A DNA stretch of 64,000 nt from an uncultured Gemmatimonadaceae bacterium (GCA_963829055.1 CAWHHI010000003.1:448001-512000), one strand, 5' to 3'; positions 10,063 to 21,211 are shown, counted from the stretch's first letter. Numbers and translations are program-made. Notes: generated from the sequence alone by a model not told the origin.

Positions 10063-10674
10063 TTAGGCGTCGTCGAGTCGCTCGATCGCACGCGCGATCG
10101 CACGCTGCAACTGAATCTCGCGTTCGCCGGCGTTGATGACGGTATCTGGTAGCGCGGCGGCAAGTAGGGTGCACTGTCGTAGCATTTCGTCGCGCACGAT
10201 CGCCGGCGATGGGTCGCGGACACCAAGGCTCTGCAGCACCCCAGATGCAAGCACCCGGAGTTGATCGCGCGTCGTGTCGGTCAGCCCGTCGAGCGTGGGC
10301 GGGTCGAGTGGGGCTTCGATGACCGCGGGCTCGCCCGGCGGTCGTCGCCCCGTGGCCGCGCTCAGGGGTGCGAGTCGGACCACGAACGAACCGGGTGAGT
10401 GCTCACTATGCTCGAGTACAACGCCGCGCGTCGACAGGAACGCGATGAGGCGCCTAACGGCTTCGCGCACGACGGGTACTGCGCCGAAGCTCTGGTTCCC
10501 CCGCCCCGTGATCACGAGCACTTCACGGGCCCCTTCGGCCTGCTTCATACGCAACCAGCTTTCGGTGCGCTTCACCGCTTCCGCGGCGGTGGGCAGCGAT
10601 GCGCGGAGATTCAGCGTTCCGGTTCGCCCGAAGCGGATCTCGTCGAGCGCGTGTTGGAGCGGTCGTCGCGTCAC
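10063..10674 (-). CDS. Stand-alone Smr (small MutS-related) domain protein
   Basis: VLVITGRGNQS...VVREAV...GSFVVRL; probable GTG start at 10674. Confidence 0.75.
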   Translation of the reverse strand: MTRRPLQHALDEIRFGRTGTLNLRASLPTAAEAVKRTESWLRMKQAEGAREVLVITGRGNQSFGAVPVVREAVRRLIAFLSTRGVVLEHSEHSPGSFVVRLAPLSAATGRRPPGEPAVIEAPLDPPTLDGLTDTTRDQLRVLASGVLQSLGVRDPSPAIVRDEMLRQCTLLAAALPDTVINAGEREIQLQRAIARAIERLDDA

Positions 10675-10678
10675 GCCG

Positions 10679-12266
10679 TTAGCGTATGGACGAGCGCAAC
10701 ACGTGGCCGTCGAGGCGTTCAAGGGGCGTTATGCCGAGCACCTCGGCGAGAGTCGGTGCCATGTCGACGACACGCGCAAACTCGTCGTACTTGCCCGGCT
10801 TGAAGGGCGGACCGTAGAAGAGCACGGGCACATGCGCGTCGTAGTCGTGCGGCGTCCCATGCGTCGCGTTTCCCTGCCCCCAATAATTGTATGGCTGAAG
10901 CGTGACGACGACTTCGACGGGAAGCTCTGGCGGCAGCATGTGCAGCCAGCGACGCGCGATCGCGTCCTTCGTTGTGTCGGCGCGCGCGAGGTCACGCACG
11001 AGGTCGACGCGGAGCACGCCCGGGACTTTCCGCTCCGCGGCAACAAAGGCCGCGATCACAGAGTCGGGTGACAGTCGGCCCGCTGCCAGCGCCTTCCTGT
11101 TCACCAGCAGGAAGGGCGTGTCCCAGATGAATCGCGTCGAATCGCGCAGCGCGGCCGTTACGCGCGCTTCCGCGGCCCACGCCGTGTCGAGCGCGGCACG
11201 AACGTACGTTGCTCCCGCGTTAGGGTCGTGAGACTTCACACCGAGATATGGCGCGACTCCATGATCGGCGGTGAGCGTGACGATCACGCGCGACGAGTCG
11301 CGGACCTTGTACAACGAGTCGAAGAACGCGCCGAGGTACCGATCGAGGCGGAGGATCTGGTCGTGCAGTTCTCGCGAATCCGGTCCATAGGCATGACCAA
11401 TCGCGTCGGTCGTGGAGAGCGAGACCGCGAGGATGTCGGTCTGCGGGCCGGTACCGAGCTTCAGCGCCTCGAGACCTTCGAGCGCGAACTGCAACGTCAG
11501 GTCGTCCATCCACGGAAACGCGGCGAACACACTCGCCGCCTGCGCCGGATCAGCCGGCGCGACGTGCGGAAATGTCGTCCCGCCCCGGCCAGCGTTTTCC
11601 TGCGGGACGTCGTCTGGTTCGGGGTATTGCGTTGGGTCGAGCAGCAGCGTCCACTCTTTACCGGCATATTGGGCGGGAATGCGTCGCGCGTTGAAGCGCT
11701 GCACCCACGTCGGCAGTGTGTCGGCGTAGTACGTGCTGGTCGAGAAGTTTCCGGTCGTCGCGTACCAGAACACCGACTGCTTCGCACGCCCCATCGGGAG
11801 AATGGCTCCGCGGTCTTTCCGCGACACGGACAGCGCATGTGATCGCGGGTCCTTGCGCTGCAGCCATTCGATCAGCGTCGTTCCACGAAACCGAAACGGC
11901 GACGCGCCGATCGCGCCACCGCCGATCACGGGAGATCGCGGGTCTTCCACCCCTCGCGAGTTCTCCAAGATCCCCGTGCTCCGCGGAAATCGTCCCGCCA
12001 TCGTCACCGAATGGCCAGGTGCCGTTTCGGTGATCGCATGATCATGAAACGCATTGGTGTAGAAAGCGCCACCGCGGTACAGCCGAGCGAGGCCTCCGGT
12101 CAGTTGGGGCTCGAAGCGCGAGAAATAGTCGGGGCGCATCTGGTCCACGGTGATGAAGACCAGAAGCGACGGCGTCGCGCTCGCCACGGGTCCCTGAGAG
12201 TTCTGCGCGCACGCAACGGCGGGGAGCAGTCCCAAGGCGAGGCAAGAAGACTCGTGAACGAAGCAT
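10679..12266 (-). CDS. Alkaline phosphatase superfamily protein (PafA-like, Thr nucleophile); probable N-terminal frameshift
   Basis: ITVDQMRPDY, TETAPGH, SRKDRGAI, DAIGHAYGPDS, TADHG, HGTPHDYDAHVP; the likely ATG at 12266 is out of frame with the body. Confidence 0.88.
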
Positions 12267-12468
12267 GGAGATCCGCGGAAGTGGATGCGTGAATCTACCA
12301 TGCGCACGCTCAGGTCGTCACGCCGCGAACGCTTCTGAGAGGATAGGCGTCATGGTATCGTTTTTCCTCTCTGGTGCCTTGATTCCGTACCGCTCGCGTG
12401 TGTGGCGCACACGTCCGCCGCGAGCCTCCAATGTGTTCCTGGTGTTCTTTGATGGAGGAAGGATCGTA

Positions 12469-13107
12469 ATGCGAACCACGATGCTCGTCGCGCTCTCGGC
12501 GTTCGCGGTGACGGCGACGTCTCCAGCTGCCGCCCAGATGCGGATGAACCAGCAGGGCTCTGGCCGACCTATTTCGTTTGCGTTCGGCGGTGGCGCGAGT
12601 GTACCGATCGGGACGTACAAGGATGCGTTGAAGGCTGGCTGGAATGGCCAGGGATCTCTGATCTTCAACTTTCCGGGGTTCCCTATCGCGCTGCGTACGG
12701 ACCTCAACTACAACAAGTTCAACCTCAAGGAAAACCTGCCGTTCACGCCCGGCGGTACCGGCGGCGGCACCGTCACGACGACCGAGGATATGACACAGCA
12801 GATCCTGGGTGGGCTCGCGAACATCACGATTCCCTTCCCGATGGGTCCGATCTCTCCGTACATCACCGCGGGCATCGCGGGCTTCAACGTCAAGACCAAG
12901 TTCGCGGGCGGCGCTGGTGGGGCCGAGGACCAGAGCGATACCGAGTTCGCGATCAACGGCGGCGCAGGGCTTTCGATGAAACTGTTCGGCGCGTCAGCAT
13001 TCATCGAAGCCAAGCTGAACAACGTCTACACCGAAGAGAAGTTCATCAATAGCCAGGAGCTGAAGGCGCTGCAATTCATTCCGATCACGTTCGGCTTCGT
13101 GTTCTAA
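12469..13107 (+). CDS. Small outer-membrane beta-barrel protein
   Basis: GGAGG RBS, signal peptide, alternating strands, PYITAG, INGGAG, terminal IPITFGFVF. Confidence 0.8.
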   Translation: MRTTMLVALSAFAVTATSPAAAQMRMNQQGSGRPISFAFGGGASVPIGTYKDALKAGWNGQGSLIFNFPGFPIALRTDLNYNKFNLKENLPFTPGGTGGGTVTTTEDMTQQILGGLANITIPFPMGPISPYITAGIAGFNVKTKFAGGAGGAEDQSDTEFAINGGAGLSMKLFGASAFIEAKLNNVYTEEKFINSQELKALQFIPITFGFVF

Positions 13108-13139
13108 CGCCGAGCGGTTCGGCGCAGTTGAAGCGCGAT

Positions 13140-13182
13140 CGTCCGGCGTGACGCGGAGTTTCGTGCCGCGTCGCGCCGGACG
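13140..13182. terminator. Long GC hairpin between convergent genes
   Basis: CGTCCGGCGTGACGCGG...CCGCGTCGCGCCGGACG inverted repeat with one G-U pair. Confidence 0.55.
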
Positions 13183-13250
13183 ACTGTGCCTAACGAAGTG
13201 ACATCGCTGGTGACCCCCGGCGCGCGATCCGCTGGGTGCGGCGTTGTCGC

Positions 13251-14435
13251 CTAGATCACCTGCTCCAGGATCGCCAACCCTCGCGCAATGTCCTCGCGCG
13301 ACGCCACGAGCGGCGGGAGGATCCGCAGCGTATAGTCGCCCGCTGTGAGCAAAAGGAGGCCAGCCTCTCGCGCACGGGCAACCACATCACCCGCAGCCTC
13401 ACCCACATCGAGGCCCCAGATGAAACCCGTGCCGCGAATGGCGCGAACTTTTCCCGTTCGCTCGCCGATGCCACGGAGCCCTTCACCGATCAACTTGCCC
13501 GTTGATTTGACGTGCGCGAGGAACGCCGCATCGGCGATGCGCTCGAGCACGTGGAGCGCGACCGACGCGACGAAGGGCCCGCCTCCGAACGTCGTGCCGT
13601 GCTCGCCCGCCTTCATTGTGGACGCGATCTGCCCGTTGAGAAGCACCGCACCCATCGGGAGGCCGCCTGCGATGGGCTTGGCCAGTGTCAGCATATCTGG
13701 CTCGACGCCGATCTGCTCGTAGGCGAACAGCGTTCCCGTCCGGCCCATGCCGCACTGAATCTCGTCGAAGATGAGCGCGACTTTGCGCTCGCGAGTCAAT
13801 GCGCGGAGCTCACGGATGAATCCGTGGTCGAGCACGCGCACACCGCCCTCGCCCTGCACCGGCTCGAGGATGACGGCCGCAACGGTCTCAGCGTCGAGCA
13901 CGATGGCGAGATCTTCGATGTCTCGCTCGACTATCGACACTCCGCCGGCCAGAGGGCGGAACGGCGCGCGATACGCGGGGCGATCAGTTGCCGCGAGCGA
14001 GGCGAACAGACGCCCGTGGAAGGAGCCACGAAGTGCGATGATATCGGTCTTCGCGGCGCCGACGGTGCTGCGGGCCCATTTGCGCGCGAACTTGAACGCC
14101 CCCTCGTTCGCTTCCGCTCCCGAATTGCAGAAGAACACCTTGTCCGCGAACGACAGCTCCACGAGGCGCGACGCGAGCTGCTCGCCCGGCGCAGTCCGGA
14201 ACAGATTCGAGACGTGAATCAATCCATCGACGGCGGCGTGCATTGCTTCACGCAGGCCGTCGTCCGCGTAGCCTAACGCGTTGACGGCAATGCCGCTGGC
14301 GAAATCGAGGTACGCGCGACCGTCGGCATCGAACAGTTCGACACCCTCGCCGCGAACGAGCTCGATCGGAGCACGCTTGTACAGACCCAGCAGCGCATCC
14401 GCGCTCGGCGGAGCGACCGTCGTGATAGTGGCCAT
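13251..14435 (-). CDS. argD: Acetylornithine aminotransferase
   Basis: FCNSGAEANEGA, FHGR, EPVQGEGG, DEIQCGMGRTG, LAK; arg operon context. Confidence 0.93.
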   Translation of the reverse strand: MATITTVAPPSADALLGLYKRAPIELVRGEGVELFDADGRAYLDFASGIAVNALGYADDGLREAMHAAVDGLIHVSNLFRTAPGEQLASRLVELSFADKVFFCNSGAEANEGAFKFARKWARSTVGAAKTDIIALRGSFHGRLFASLAATDRPAYRAPFRPLAGGVSIVERDIEDLAIVLDAETVAAVILEPVQGEGGVRVLDHGFIRELRALTRERKVALIFDEIQCGMGRTGTLFAYEQIGVEPDMLTLAKPIAGGLPMGAVLLNGQIASTMKAGEHGTTFGGGPFVASVALHVLERIADAAFLAHVKSTGKLIGEGLRGIGERTGKVRAIRGTGFIWGLDVGEAAGDVVARAREAGLLLLTAGDYTLRILPPLVASREDIARGLAILEQVI

Positions 14436-14437
14436 TG

Positions 14438-15190
14438 TCAGACCGTCGTTGTAGAAAGTGTGATCACTGTTCCCGCGGTCGCGGACTCGATCCCCGCGAT
14501 GTTCCCGATTCGGACCCTCGATACGCCGAGCTCCACCGCGCGTCGCGCGGCCTGGAGCTTGGCGGCCATCCCTTCGCGAGCCGTTCCATTGTCGACCAAT
14601 GCGGCAGCCTGTTCGAGGTCGAGCTCCGGCACAACCACGCCGTTGGCCATGACACCCGGCACGTCGGCGATGAGCACGAGCTCCTCAGCACCCATGGCAA
14701 CCGCGATGGCCGCGGCGGCATCGTCCCCGTTGACGTTCAACGTCGCGCCGCTTTCCTCGTCTCGAGCGAGCGGTGAGACCACGGGCACGTACCCAGCGCT
14801 CACGAGCAGCTCGAGCAGCCGCGGATCGACCTGTGACGGCGCGCCCACCTCGCCTAACGTCTCCCGCGAGCTGACCCGCGCGCGCAGGAGGCCGTCGTCC
14901 TCGCCGGAAATACCGACAGCGCGAATTCCTTCGCTCACAAACGTCGAAACCAGACGTTTGTTGGCGCTTCCGGACAGCACCATCCGCACGATCTCGAGGT
15001 CGGCTGCAGTCGTCACCCGGCGTCCACCGTGAAACGTGGGGGTCATGCCGAGGCGTCGCTGGAGCCCCGACACCTCGTCGCCGCCGCCATGCACGACAAC
15101 GACGCGACCGTTGTTGGCCGCATGTCGTATCGCCGGCGCAAGGCCCGCATCTGATTGCGCTCGCCCACCGATCTTTAGTACGCGCGTCAT
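14438..15190 (-). CDS. argB: Acetylglutamate kinase
   Basis: MTRVLKIGG, VVHGGG, GRRVT, NVNGDDAA, GMAAKL; ATGA overlap with argC. Confidence 0.93.
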   Translation of the reverse strand: MTRVLKIGGRAQSDAGLAPAIRHAANNGRVVVVHGGGDEVSGLQRRLGMTPTFHGGRRVTTAADLEIVRMVLSGSANKRLVSTFVSEGIRAVGISGEDDGLLRARVSSRETLGEVGAPSQVDPRLLELLVSAGYVPVVSPLARDEESGATLNVNGDDAAAAIAVAMGAEELVLIADVPGVMANGVVVPELDLEQAAALVDNGTAREGMAAKLQAARRAVELGVSRVRIGNIAGIESATAGTVITLSTTTV

Positions 15191-16147
15191 AAGGGGAGTC
15201 CGGCTGGCTCGTCCAGCCCGAGCACTACGTTCGCGTTCTGCACGGCCTGCCCGGCCGCCCCTTTCACAAGGTTGTCGATCGCTGACAACACGATGAGCGT
15301 CGGCTGACGCACGCCGGCCGCGTGATGCGCGGAGATGCGTACGACGTTGCGACGAACGACATCGCGGAGCGTTGGTGGCTCGCCGTCGATCTCCACGAAC
15401 GGCTCCCCTCCGAACTCGTCCTGCCACGGCGCGAGCGGGTCCGCGAGTCGTTCGGTGACCTGCACGATGATCGTGGCGAGGATGCCGCGCGCAACGGGCA
15501 GCAGGTGCGGTGTGAAGATGAGGTCCGCATCCGCACCATTGCCGTCGAGCACGGAGCGCATCTCGGTCAGGTGGCGGTGCGTGTTGCCGACGGCGTAAGC
15601 CCTGAAGTCTTCCGCGACCTCGCCGAACAACAGATCGGTACGAGGGGTGAGGCCGGCGCCTGTTACACCGCTCGCGGCGGTCGCGGTAATGGTGCTCCCA
15701 GGCGCGATGAGACCGCGCTTCGCGAGGGGCAGGAGCGCCATCAGGATCGCCGTCGCATAGCAGCCAGGGTTCGCGACGACGCTCGCATCGTGGAGCTGAT
15801 CCCGTGCGACCTCGGTGAGCCCGTAGGGAATCGCCCCTGCCCCGTGGCCGGGCCGCAGGTCCGACGACAGGTCTACGACCTTTGGTCCCGCAGCTCGGAC
15901 GCGCTCCACCCACGTGGCCGACGCGCCATGCGGCAGCGCCGAGAATACGAGCTGCGCATCAGCCAACGGCGCGTCGTCGTGCGCGATGAATCGCACGTCC
16001 GCGCCGCCAAGGCGCGCGCGCTGGCCGCGCTGCTCGTTCGCCGTCGCGAACGAGAGCTCGCAGCCGTGGGTGGCGGGCAACGAGGGCGCACAACTCGCGG
16101 CCGGCATAGCCGCTCGCGCCAAGAACTCCAACAGGGATTCTATGCAC
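15187..16147 (-). CDS. argC: N-acetyl-gamma-glutamyl-phosphate reductase (frameshift near 16065)
   Basis: GVLGASGYAGRELCALVARHP in one frame; ALPHG, ANPGCYAT, IDNLVKGAAGQAVQN in the other. Confidence 0.92.
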
Positions 16148-16169
16148 AACTAATGCATATTATTGCATC
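16131..16169. promoter_or_regulatory. Putative ARG box(es) at the argC start
   Basis: AATGCATATTATTGCATC (16152-16169) has one mismatch to TGnATwwwwATnCA; a half-match lies 21 bp away; the tract is AT-rich in a GC-rich background. Confidence 0.65.
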
Positions 16170-16284
16170 CGCGACATGTCAACCGGGCGGCACATGCAAC
16201 GAATCGATTCGCCGGCGTCACGGCGTGTCCTGCCGCTCGCCCGCTTCGCGTGGTATCGTCCCGCCAACTCACGGAGGAACCTGC

Positions 16285-16740
16285 GTGGACAAGCGCAAGC
16301 GTCAGGCAGCAATCCTGGAACTCGTCGGACATCAGCCGGTCGGGAGCCAGGAAGAGCTCCGGGTCCTGCTGCACAAGCGCGGGTGGGATGTCACGCAGTC
16401 GACGCTCTCGCGAGACCTTCGCGAGCTGCGGTTGGCGCGCGTGCCCACGCCCGACGGAGTTCGATATGCGGTCGCCGATGGCACGCTCAGCAGCGCTGCG
16501 CGCCCGGCGTTGGACGCGCTCCTCCCGCAGCTTCTGACTCGCGTCGACGGCGTCGGCGAGATGATCGTGCTCCGCACGGTGCCTGGCGGCGCTCAGCCCG
16601 TCGCGTCGGCGCTCGACGGTGAGTCGTGGCCGGACGTTCTCGGGACGGTCGGCGGCGACGACACCATCCTCGTGGTCTGTCGCTCATCCGCCGCGCGCGA
16701 GCGGCTCGAGCGGCGACTCAGAAAGCTGGCCGAGATCTGA
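16285..16740 (+). CDS. argR: Arginine repressor
   Basis: GGAGG then GTG; SQEEL..VTQSTLSRDLREL, GTVGGDDTILV. Confidence 0.95.
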   Translation: MDKRKRQAAILELVGHQPVGSQEELRVLLHKRGWDVTQSTLSRDLRELRLARVPTPDGVRYAVADGTLSSAARPALDALLPQLLTRVDGVGEMIVLRTVPGGAQPVASALDGESWPDVLGTVGGDDTILVVCRSSAARERLERRLRKLAEI

Positions 16741-16820
16741 CGCCGCGCGCGTGGCCCAGTGAAGGCGCCACTGAGCCTACGCGAGCCGAAATTTCCGCGC
16801 GCGGCAGTAGATGGCCGACA

Positions 16821-16876
16821 TTGACGACGCCCGCATAAGTGGTTAATTATGCATGACACCTGAATAGTTATCTTGT
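16821..16876 (+). promoter_or_regulatory. argG promoter region with tandem ARG boxes
   Basis: TTGACG at 16821; TGGTTAATTATGCA (16840) and TGAATAGTTATCTT (16861) are spaced exactly 21 bp, the canonical ArgR tandem spacing. Confidence 0.7.
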
Positions 16877-16890
16877 CCTGTGGAGCGCCC

Positions 16891-18150
16891 ATGAAGACCA
16901 TAGTGCTTGCCTACTCTGGCGGGCTGGATACTTCGATCATCGTGCCCTGGCTGCGCGAGAAGTACGACGCGCGCGTTATCTGCGTCGCCGCCGACATCGG
17001 GCAGGGTGCCGAAGAATTGGCCGGCGTGCGCGCGAAAGCGTTGGCGTCAGGCGCCGAGGAGTGCTACGTCGAAGACCTCCGGGAAGAGTTCGTTCGCGAC
17101 TTCATCTTCCCTACCCTCCGCGCCGGCGCGATCTACAATCGCAAATACCTGCTCGGCACCTCCATGGCGCGACCGCTGATCGCCAAGCGCCAGGTCGAGA
17201 TGGCCCGGGCCGTCGGCGCCGACGCGCTCGCACACGGATGCACCGGCAAAGGCAACGACCAGGTCCGCTTCGAGCTGACCTACATGGCGTTCGCACCCGA
17301 CCTTCCGGTGATCGCGCCGTGGCGCGAGTGGGATATTCGCAGCCGCGAGGATGCGATCGCGTACGCCGCCGCCCGGAACATTCCCGTCGCGGCGACGAAG
17401 GAAAAGATCTACTCGCGCGACCGAAATCTCTGGCACATCTCGCATGAAGGAGGAATCCTCGAGGATCCCGCTCAGGGCCCCCCGAAGGACGTCTTCATGC
17501 TCAGCACCGATCCGCAGGATGCGCCTAACGCACCCGAGGATGTCGTCATCGGATTCGTTGCCGGCACGCCGGTCTCGGTGAATGGCCAGGAGCTCGGACC
17601 GATCGACCTCATCGCTCAGCTGAATGCCATCGGGGGCAAGCACGGCGTCGGGCGCATTGACCTGGTCGAGGACCGCATGGTCGGCATGAAGTCGCGCGGC
17701 GTCTACGAGACGCCGGGCGGCACCCTGCTCTACTCGGCGCACAGTGAGCTCGAACAACTCGTCCTTGATCGTCGCACCCTGGCCGCCAAGGATCTGATCG
17801 CGCCGCGTTATGCGGACATCGTGTACGAGGGCCGCTGGTGGACGACTGAACGCGAGGCCTACGATGCCTTCGTCGGCGTTACCCAACAACGCGTGACGGG
17901 CTCGGTGAAGCTCCGCCTGTACAAGGGTTCGGCGTCCGTCATCGGGCGTGAGAGCGTGCACGCGCTGTACGACGAGCGGTTCGTGACGTTCGGCGAGGAC
18001 GACGTGTACGAGCAGAGCGACGCCGCCGGCTTCATCCGGCTGTACGGACTCTCCATGCGCGTTCGCGCCATCAAGGATCAGGAGATGGCCGCGGCTCAAT
18101 CGCCGGCGCCGGCCGAGGGAGCGTCCGAGGCGGCGCTCGTCGGCGCGTGA
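16891..18150 (+). CDS. argG: Argininosuccinate synthase
   Basis: [42 protein letters not shown]. Confidence 0.97.
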   Translation: MKTIVLAYSGGLDTSIIVPWLREKYDARVICVAADIGQGAEELAGVRAKALASGAEECYVEDLREEFVRDFIFPTLRAGAIYNRKYLLGTSMARPLIAKRQVEMARAVGADALAHGCTGKGNDQVRFELTYMAFAPDLPVIAPWREWDIRSREDAIAYAAARNIPVAATKEKIYSRDRNLWHISHEGGILEDPAQGPPKDVFMLSTDPQDAPNAPEDVVIGFVAGTPVSVNGQELGPIDLIAQLNAIGGKHGVGRIDLVEDRMVGMKSRGVYETPGGTLLYSAHSELEQLVLDRRTLAAKDLIAPRYADIVYEGRWWTTEREAYDAFVGVTQQRVTGSVKLRLYKGSASVIGRESVHALYDERFVTFGEDDVYEQSDAAGFIRLYGLSMRVRAIKDQEMAAAQSPAPAEGASEAALVGA

Positions 18151-19718
18151 GCGCTACGGAAGGCGGGCACCCGGCAGGCACCGTCGTCACGGGAGAATTC
18201 GCGCACGATAGCGGAGGCAGCATTGAGGCCGGTCGCAGCGAGGCCGGCTTCGCGGGCGACACGGAGGCAGGGCCGGCCCGGAGGGCGTCGTTAGGCGCTC
18301 CGGCGCACAAGTTGTGGGGCGGGAGATTCAGCTCGGGCCCCGCTCCCGCGCTCGAGGCCGTGAATCGGTCGATCGGCACAGACTTCCGCCTCTGGCCGTT
18401 CGATATTCGCCTGTCCAAGGCGTGGGCCGTCGCGCTGTGGAACGCCGGGATCCTGACCCTCGAGGAGAGCCGGCAAATCGAGTCGGGGCTCGATGCCGTC
18501 GCCCAGCGGTTCAGTGCCGGCGAGTCACCCGTCGCGACGGACGAAGACGTGCACACGATGATCGACCGGCTTCTTCATGCGGAGGTCGGCGATGTCGCGT
18601 CGAAGCTGCACACGGGACGCAGCCGAAACGATCAGGTTTCGACCGCCACGCGTCTTTGGTGCATCGACGCGTGCGATACGATCGACAGCGCAGTGCGGAA
18701 CCTGCAGCACGTCATGGTGCGCCAGGCGTCCGAGCATCAGCACGCGCTCATGCCGTCCTACACGCATATGCAGCGTGCGCAGCCCGTGTCGGCGGCGCAC
18801 TGGATGTTATCGCATTTCTGGCCGCTCGATCGCGATCGCGCCCGACTGTCGACGGCCGCGCGTTCGGCTGGCGTTTTGCCGTTAGGCTCCGGCGCCGTCG
18901 CCGGTTGTGCCTTCCCAATCTCCCGTGTGTTGCTCAAGGGGAGCCTCGGGTTTTCGGCGATCTCCAGGAACAGCATCGACGCCGTTGCCGACCGTGATTT
19001 CGTGGCCGAGCTGCTGTTCTCCCTGTCGCTCCTCGGCGCGCACATCTCGAGGCTCGGTGAGGATCTGATCCTGTACGGGTCGAGCGAGTTCGGGTTCGTT
19101 CGGTTCGGAGATTCGTACACGACCGGGTCGAGCATGATGCCGCAGAAACGCAACCCGGACGCGCTGGAGCTCGCCCGAGGATCGGGCGCTCGGATGCTCG
19201 GAGATCTCACGGCGCTGCTGGCGACCTTGAAGGGGCTGCCAAGCGGCTACAACAAGGATCTCCAGGACGACAAGCGCGCGCTGTTCGACGCTGTGGACGG
19301 GATGCTGCTGGTGCTCCCGGCGGTCTCGGGAACGCTGGACGAGCTGACCTTCGACACAGCCCGCATGGGGGCCGCTGTGTCGAGCACGATGATGGCGACC
19401 GATCTGGCGGACTATCTGGTCGGGAAGGGAATCACGTTCCGGGAAGCGCATTCCAGTGTGGGGCAACTCGTCCGGCAAGCTGAAGAGACCGGGATCGAGT
19501 TGCATGCGTTGCCGATGTCGGTGTTCACCGGCGCGCACGCCGCGTTCGGCCCCGACGTGCGCGACGCGTTGTCGGCGCAGGCATCGGTCGAACGCCGCGA
19601 GGTCGATGGGGGAACTGGCCCGCGGGCCGTTCGCGCGCAACTCGATGCCGCGATCGCGTCGCTGGTGCAGGGCGGGGAGCCGGCACGCGGCAACGAGCTG
19701 AGTATCCGCGCGGACTAA
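18147..19718 (+). CDS. argH: Argininosuccinate lyase
   Basis: [40 protein letters not shown]-terminal extension of about 50 aa if the GTG at 18147 is used. Confidence 0.96.
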   Translation: MSATEGGHPAGTVVTGEFAHDSGGSIEAGRSEAGFAGDTEAGPARRASLGAPAHKLWGGRFSSGPAPALEAVNRSIGTDFRLWPFDIRLSKAWAVALWNAGILTLEESRQIESGLDAVAQRFSAGESPVATDEDVHTMIDRLLHAEVGDVASKLHTGRSRNDQVSTATRLWCIDACDTIDSAVRNLQHVMVRQASEHQHALMPSYTHMQRAQPVSAAHWMLSHFWPLDRDRARLSTAARSAGVLPLGSGAVAGCAFPISRVLLKGSLGFSAISRNSIDAVADRDFVAELLFSLSLLGAHISRLGEDLILYGSSEFGFVRFGDSYTTGSSMMPQKRNPDALELARGSGARMLGDLTALLATLKGLPSGYNKDLQDDKRALFDAVDGMLLVLPAVSGTLDELTFDTARMGAAVSSTMMATDLADYLVGKGITFREAHSSVGQLVRQAEETGIELHALPMSVFTGAHAAFGPDVRDALSAQASVERREVDGGTGPRAVRAQLDAAIASLVQGGEPARGNELSIRAD

Positions 19719-19740
19719 CGACCGGACGGTGCCTAACAGC

Positions 19741-19774
19741 AGCGGCCCACGGAGACTACTCTCCGTGGGCCGCT
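19741..19774. terminator. Bidirectional hairpin
   Basis: AGCGGCCCACGGAG-ACTACT-CTCCGTGGGCCGCT, a 14-bp perfect stem between convergent genes. Confidence 0.65.
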
Positions 19775-19820
19775 CTGCTCATGTAGCGCCTGCGATCTAG
19801 GGCTGTCCCGAGCGCGAGTA

Positions 19821-20348
19821 CTAGAACAGAATGCCGAACGTCAGCGGAATCATCTGCGCCGAGTTCGGATCGGAGAAGATGTTGTGGAATCGCACCTCGG
19901 CGAATGTGCTGAAGCCACTCAGGGCGAACCGAGCACCGATTCCACCGTTGATGCCGATGTCGTTCCTCGACTCGTCAGCGCCCTCGGCCTTGGAGTTGTA
20001 CCAGCCGGCTCCAGCGATCAGATACGGCGTTGCGGTCATGCCGCCAGGAAACGCGTAGACGAGATTTCCGTTGATCGTCCAGACCTTCACATCCGAGCCG
20101 GAATTTTTGCCGGAAAGGTCGTTGTACATCCCATCAACTCGGAAACCGAGCGGTGAGCTGGCCGTTCCCGAGATCGCGAGCGTTCCGAGCACATGAAAGC
20201 CCGTCGACGTCGCATCACCGAGGTCGCTAACCGGGAAAGTAGCTCCAGCAGCCACGCCCAACGAGGCCCGACGCTGGGCGTGGGCCGGCAGTGCAATGGC
20301 GAACAGCGCCGCGACGACGAACGCACTGCGAACGAATTTGCGCTTCAT
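19821..20348 (-). CDS. Small outer-membrane beta-barrel protein, paralog of 12469..13107
   Basis: Signal peptide, PYLIAGAG, GINGGIG, terminal IPLTFGILF. Confidence 0.8.
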   Translation of the reverse strand: MKRKFVRSAFVVAALFAIALPAHAQRRASLGVAAGATFPVSDLGDATSTGFHVLGTLAISGTASSPLGFRVDGMYNDLSGKNSGSDVKVWTINGNLVYAFPGGMTATPYLIAGAGWYNSKAEGADESRNDIGINGGIGARFALSGFSTFAEVRFHNIFSDPNSAQMIPLTFGILF

Positions 20349-20413
20349 ATGAAGTTTCTCCGTTTACCGAGAATTTTCCTTACTGCGCGTTAACTGATTC
20401 GCCGACCCAAAAG

Positions 20414-20429
20414 GCACCAGCCGTGCCAG
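20414..20429 (-). promoter_or_regulatory. Putative sigma-54 (-24/-12) promoter
   Basis: Minus strand CTGGCACGGCTGGTGC: TGGCACG with GG-N10-GC, about 65 nt upstream of the OMP start. Confidence 0.5.
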
Positions 20430-20541
20430 ACAACGCCTGCCATCCAGCGCCCTCGTGGTGGATCGTTAAGGCGTTTGGCGGCGACGAACTCGCGCTCTAT
20501 GGTGGAAAGTGCTAGTCTATATTCCTCTCTAGGGAGGAACT

Positions 20542-20928
20542 ATGCCGATCTACGATCTCGCCGCAGTCGCTGAGGCGCTCGATCTTACGCCGAAGCAGCT
20601 CGACAATCTTCTGTCGCGCAACCACTTGCCGGGAGTCGAGCGGAAGAAGCGCGGCATTGCCAGACGAATTACGTCCGACGTGGCTGCTGTCGTGTGCCTC
20701 GCGCGTGAGCTCTCTGCCGCTTTGAGCGTTCCCCTCGCGAATGTGCTCGGGTTTTCGCAGGCCGCCATCGAGCATGGGGCGCAGCAGATCGAGCTTGGGC
20801 GATTCACGAAGCTGAGCATTGATCAACCCGCGCTTCGCGCGTTGGTCGCGGAGCGTCTCGACGCGGCTGTCGAGACCGTGGGACGCCGTCGCCGAGGCCG
20901 ACCGCCGAGGAGGAGAGAACAGAATTAG
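20542..20928 (+). CDS. Hypothetical protein, putative DNA-binding (N-terminal MerR-like HTH, C-terminal RRRRGRPPRRR)
   Basis: GGAGG RBS; YDLAAVAEALDLTPKQLDNLL; AT-hook-like tail. Confidence 0.6.
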   Translation: MPIYDLAAVAEALDLTPKQLDNLLSRNHLPGVERKKRGIARRITSDVAAVVCLARELSAALSVPLANVLGFSQAAIEHGAQQIELGRFTKLSIDQPALRALVAERLDAAVETVGRRRRGRPPRRREQN

Positions 20929-20943
20929 CACTGGATGGGAAAC

Positions 20944-20977
20944 TGAAAGGCGGGCGCTGGTGGGCGCCCGCCTTTCA
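20944..20977. terminator. Intrinsic terminator, probably bidirectional
   Basis: TGAAAGGCGGGCGC-loop-GCGCCCGCCTTTCA. Confidence 0.7.
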
Positions 20978-20998
20978 ACTACCGCCTCCGGCCAGCGC

Positions 20999-21211
20999 TC
21001 AGGCGCCGGCCTTACTCACGTTCTCTGCGGCCGGACCCTTCGGCCCTTGGACGATATCGAATTCGACTGCATCGCCTTCCGCGAGCGTCTTGAACCCACT
21101 GCCCTGAATCGCGCTGTAGTGCACGAAGCAATCTTTCGTGCCGTTGTCAGGGGTGATGAAGCCAAAACCCTTCGCGTCGTTGAACCACTTCACTTTGCCG
21201 GTCGTACGCAT
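20999..21211 (-). CDS. Cold-shock protein (CspA family)
   Basis: [34 protein letters not shown]. Confidence 0.97.
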   Translation of the reverse strand: MRTTGKVKWFNDAKGFGFITPDNGTKDCFVHYSAIQGSGFKTLAEGDAVEFDIVQGPKGPAAENVSKAGA

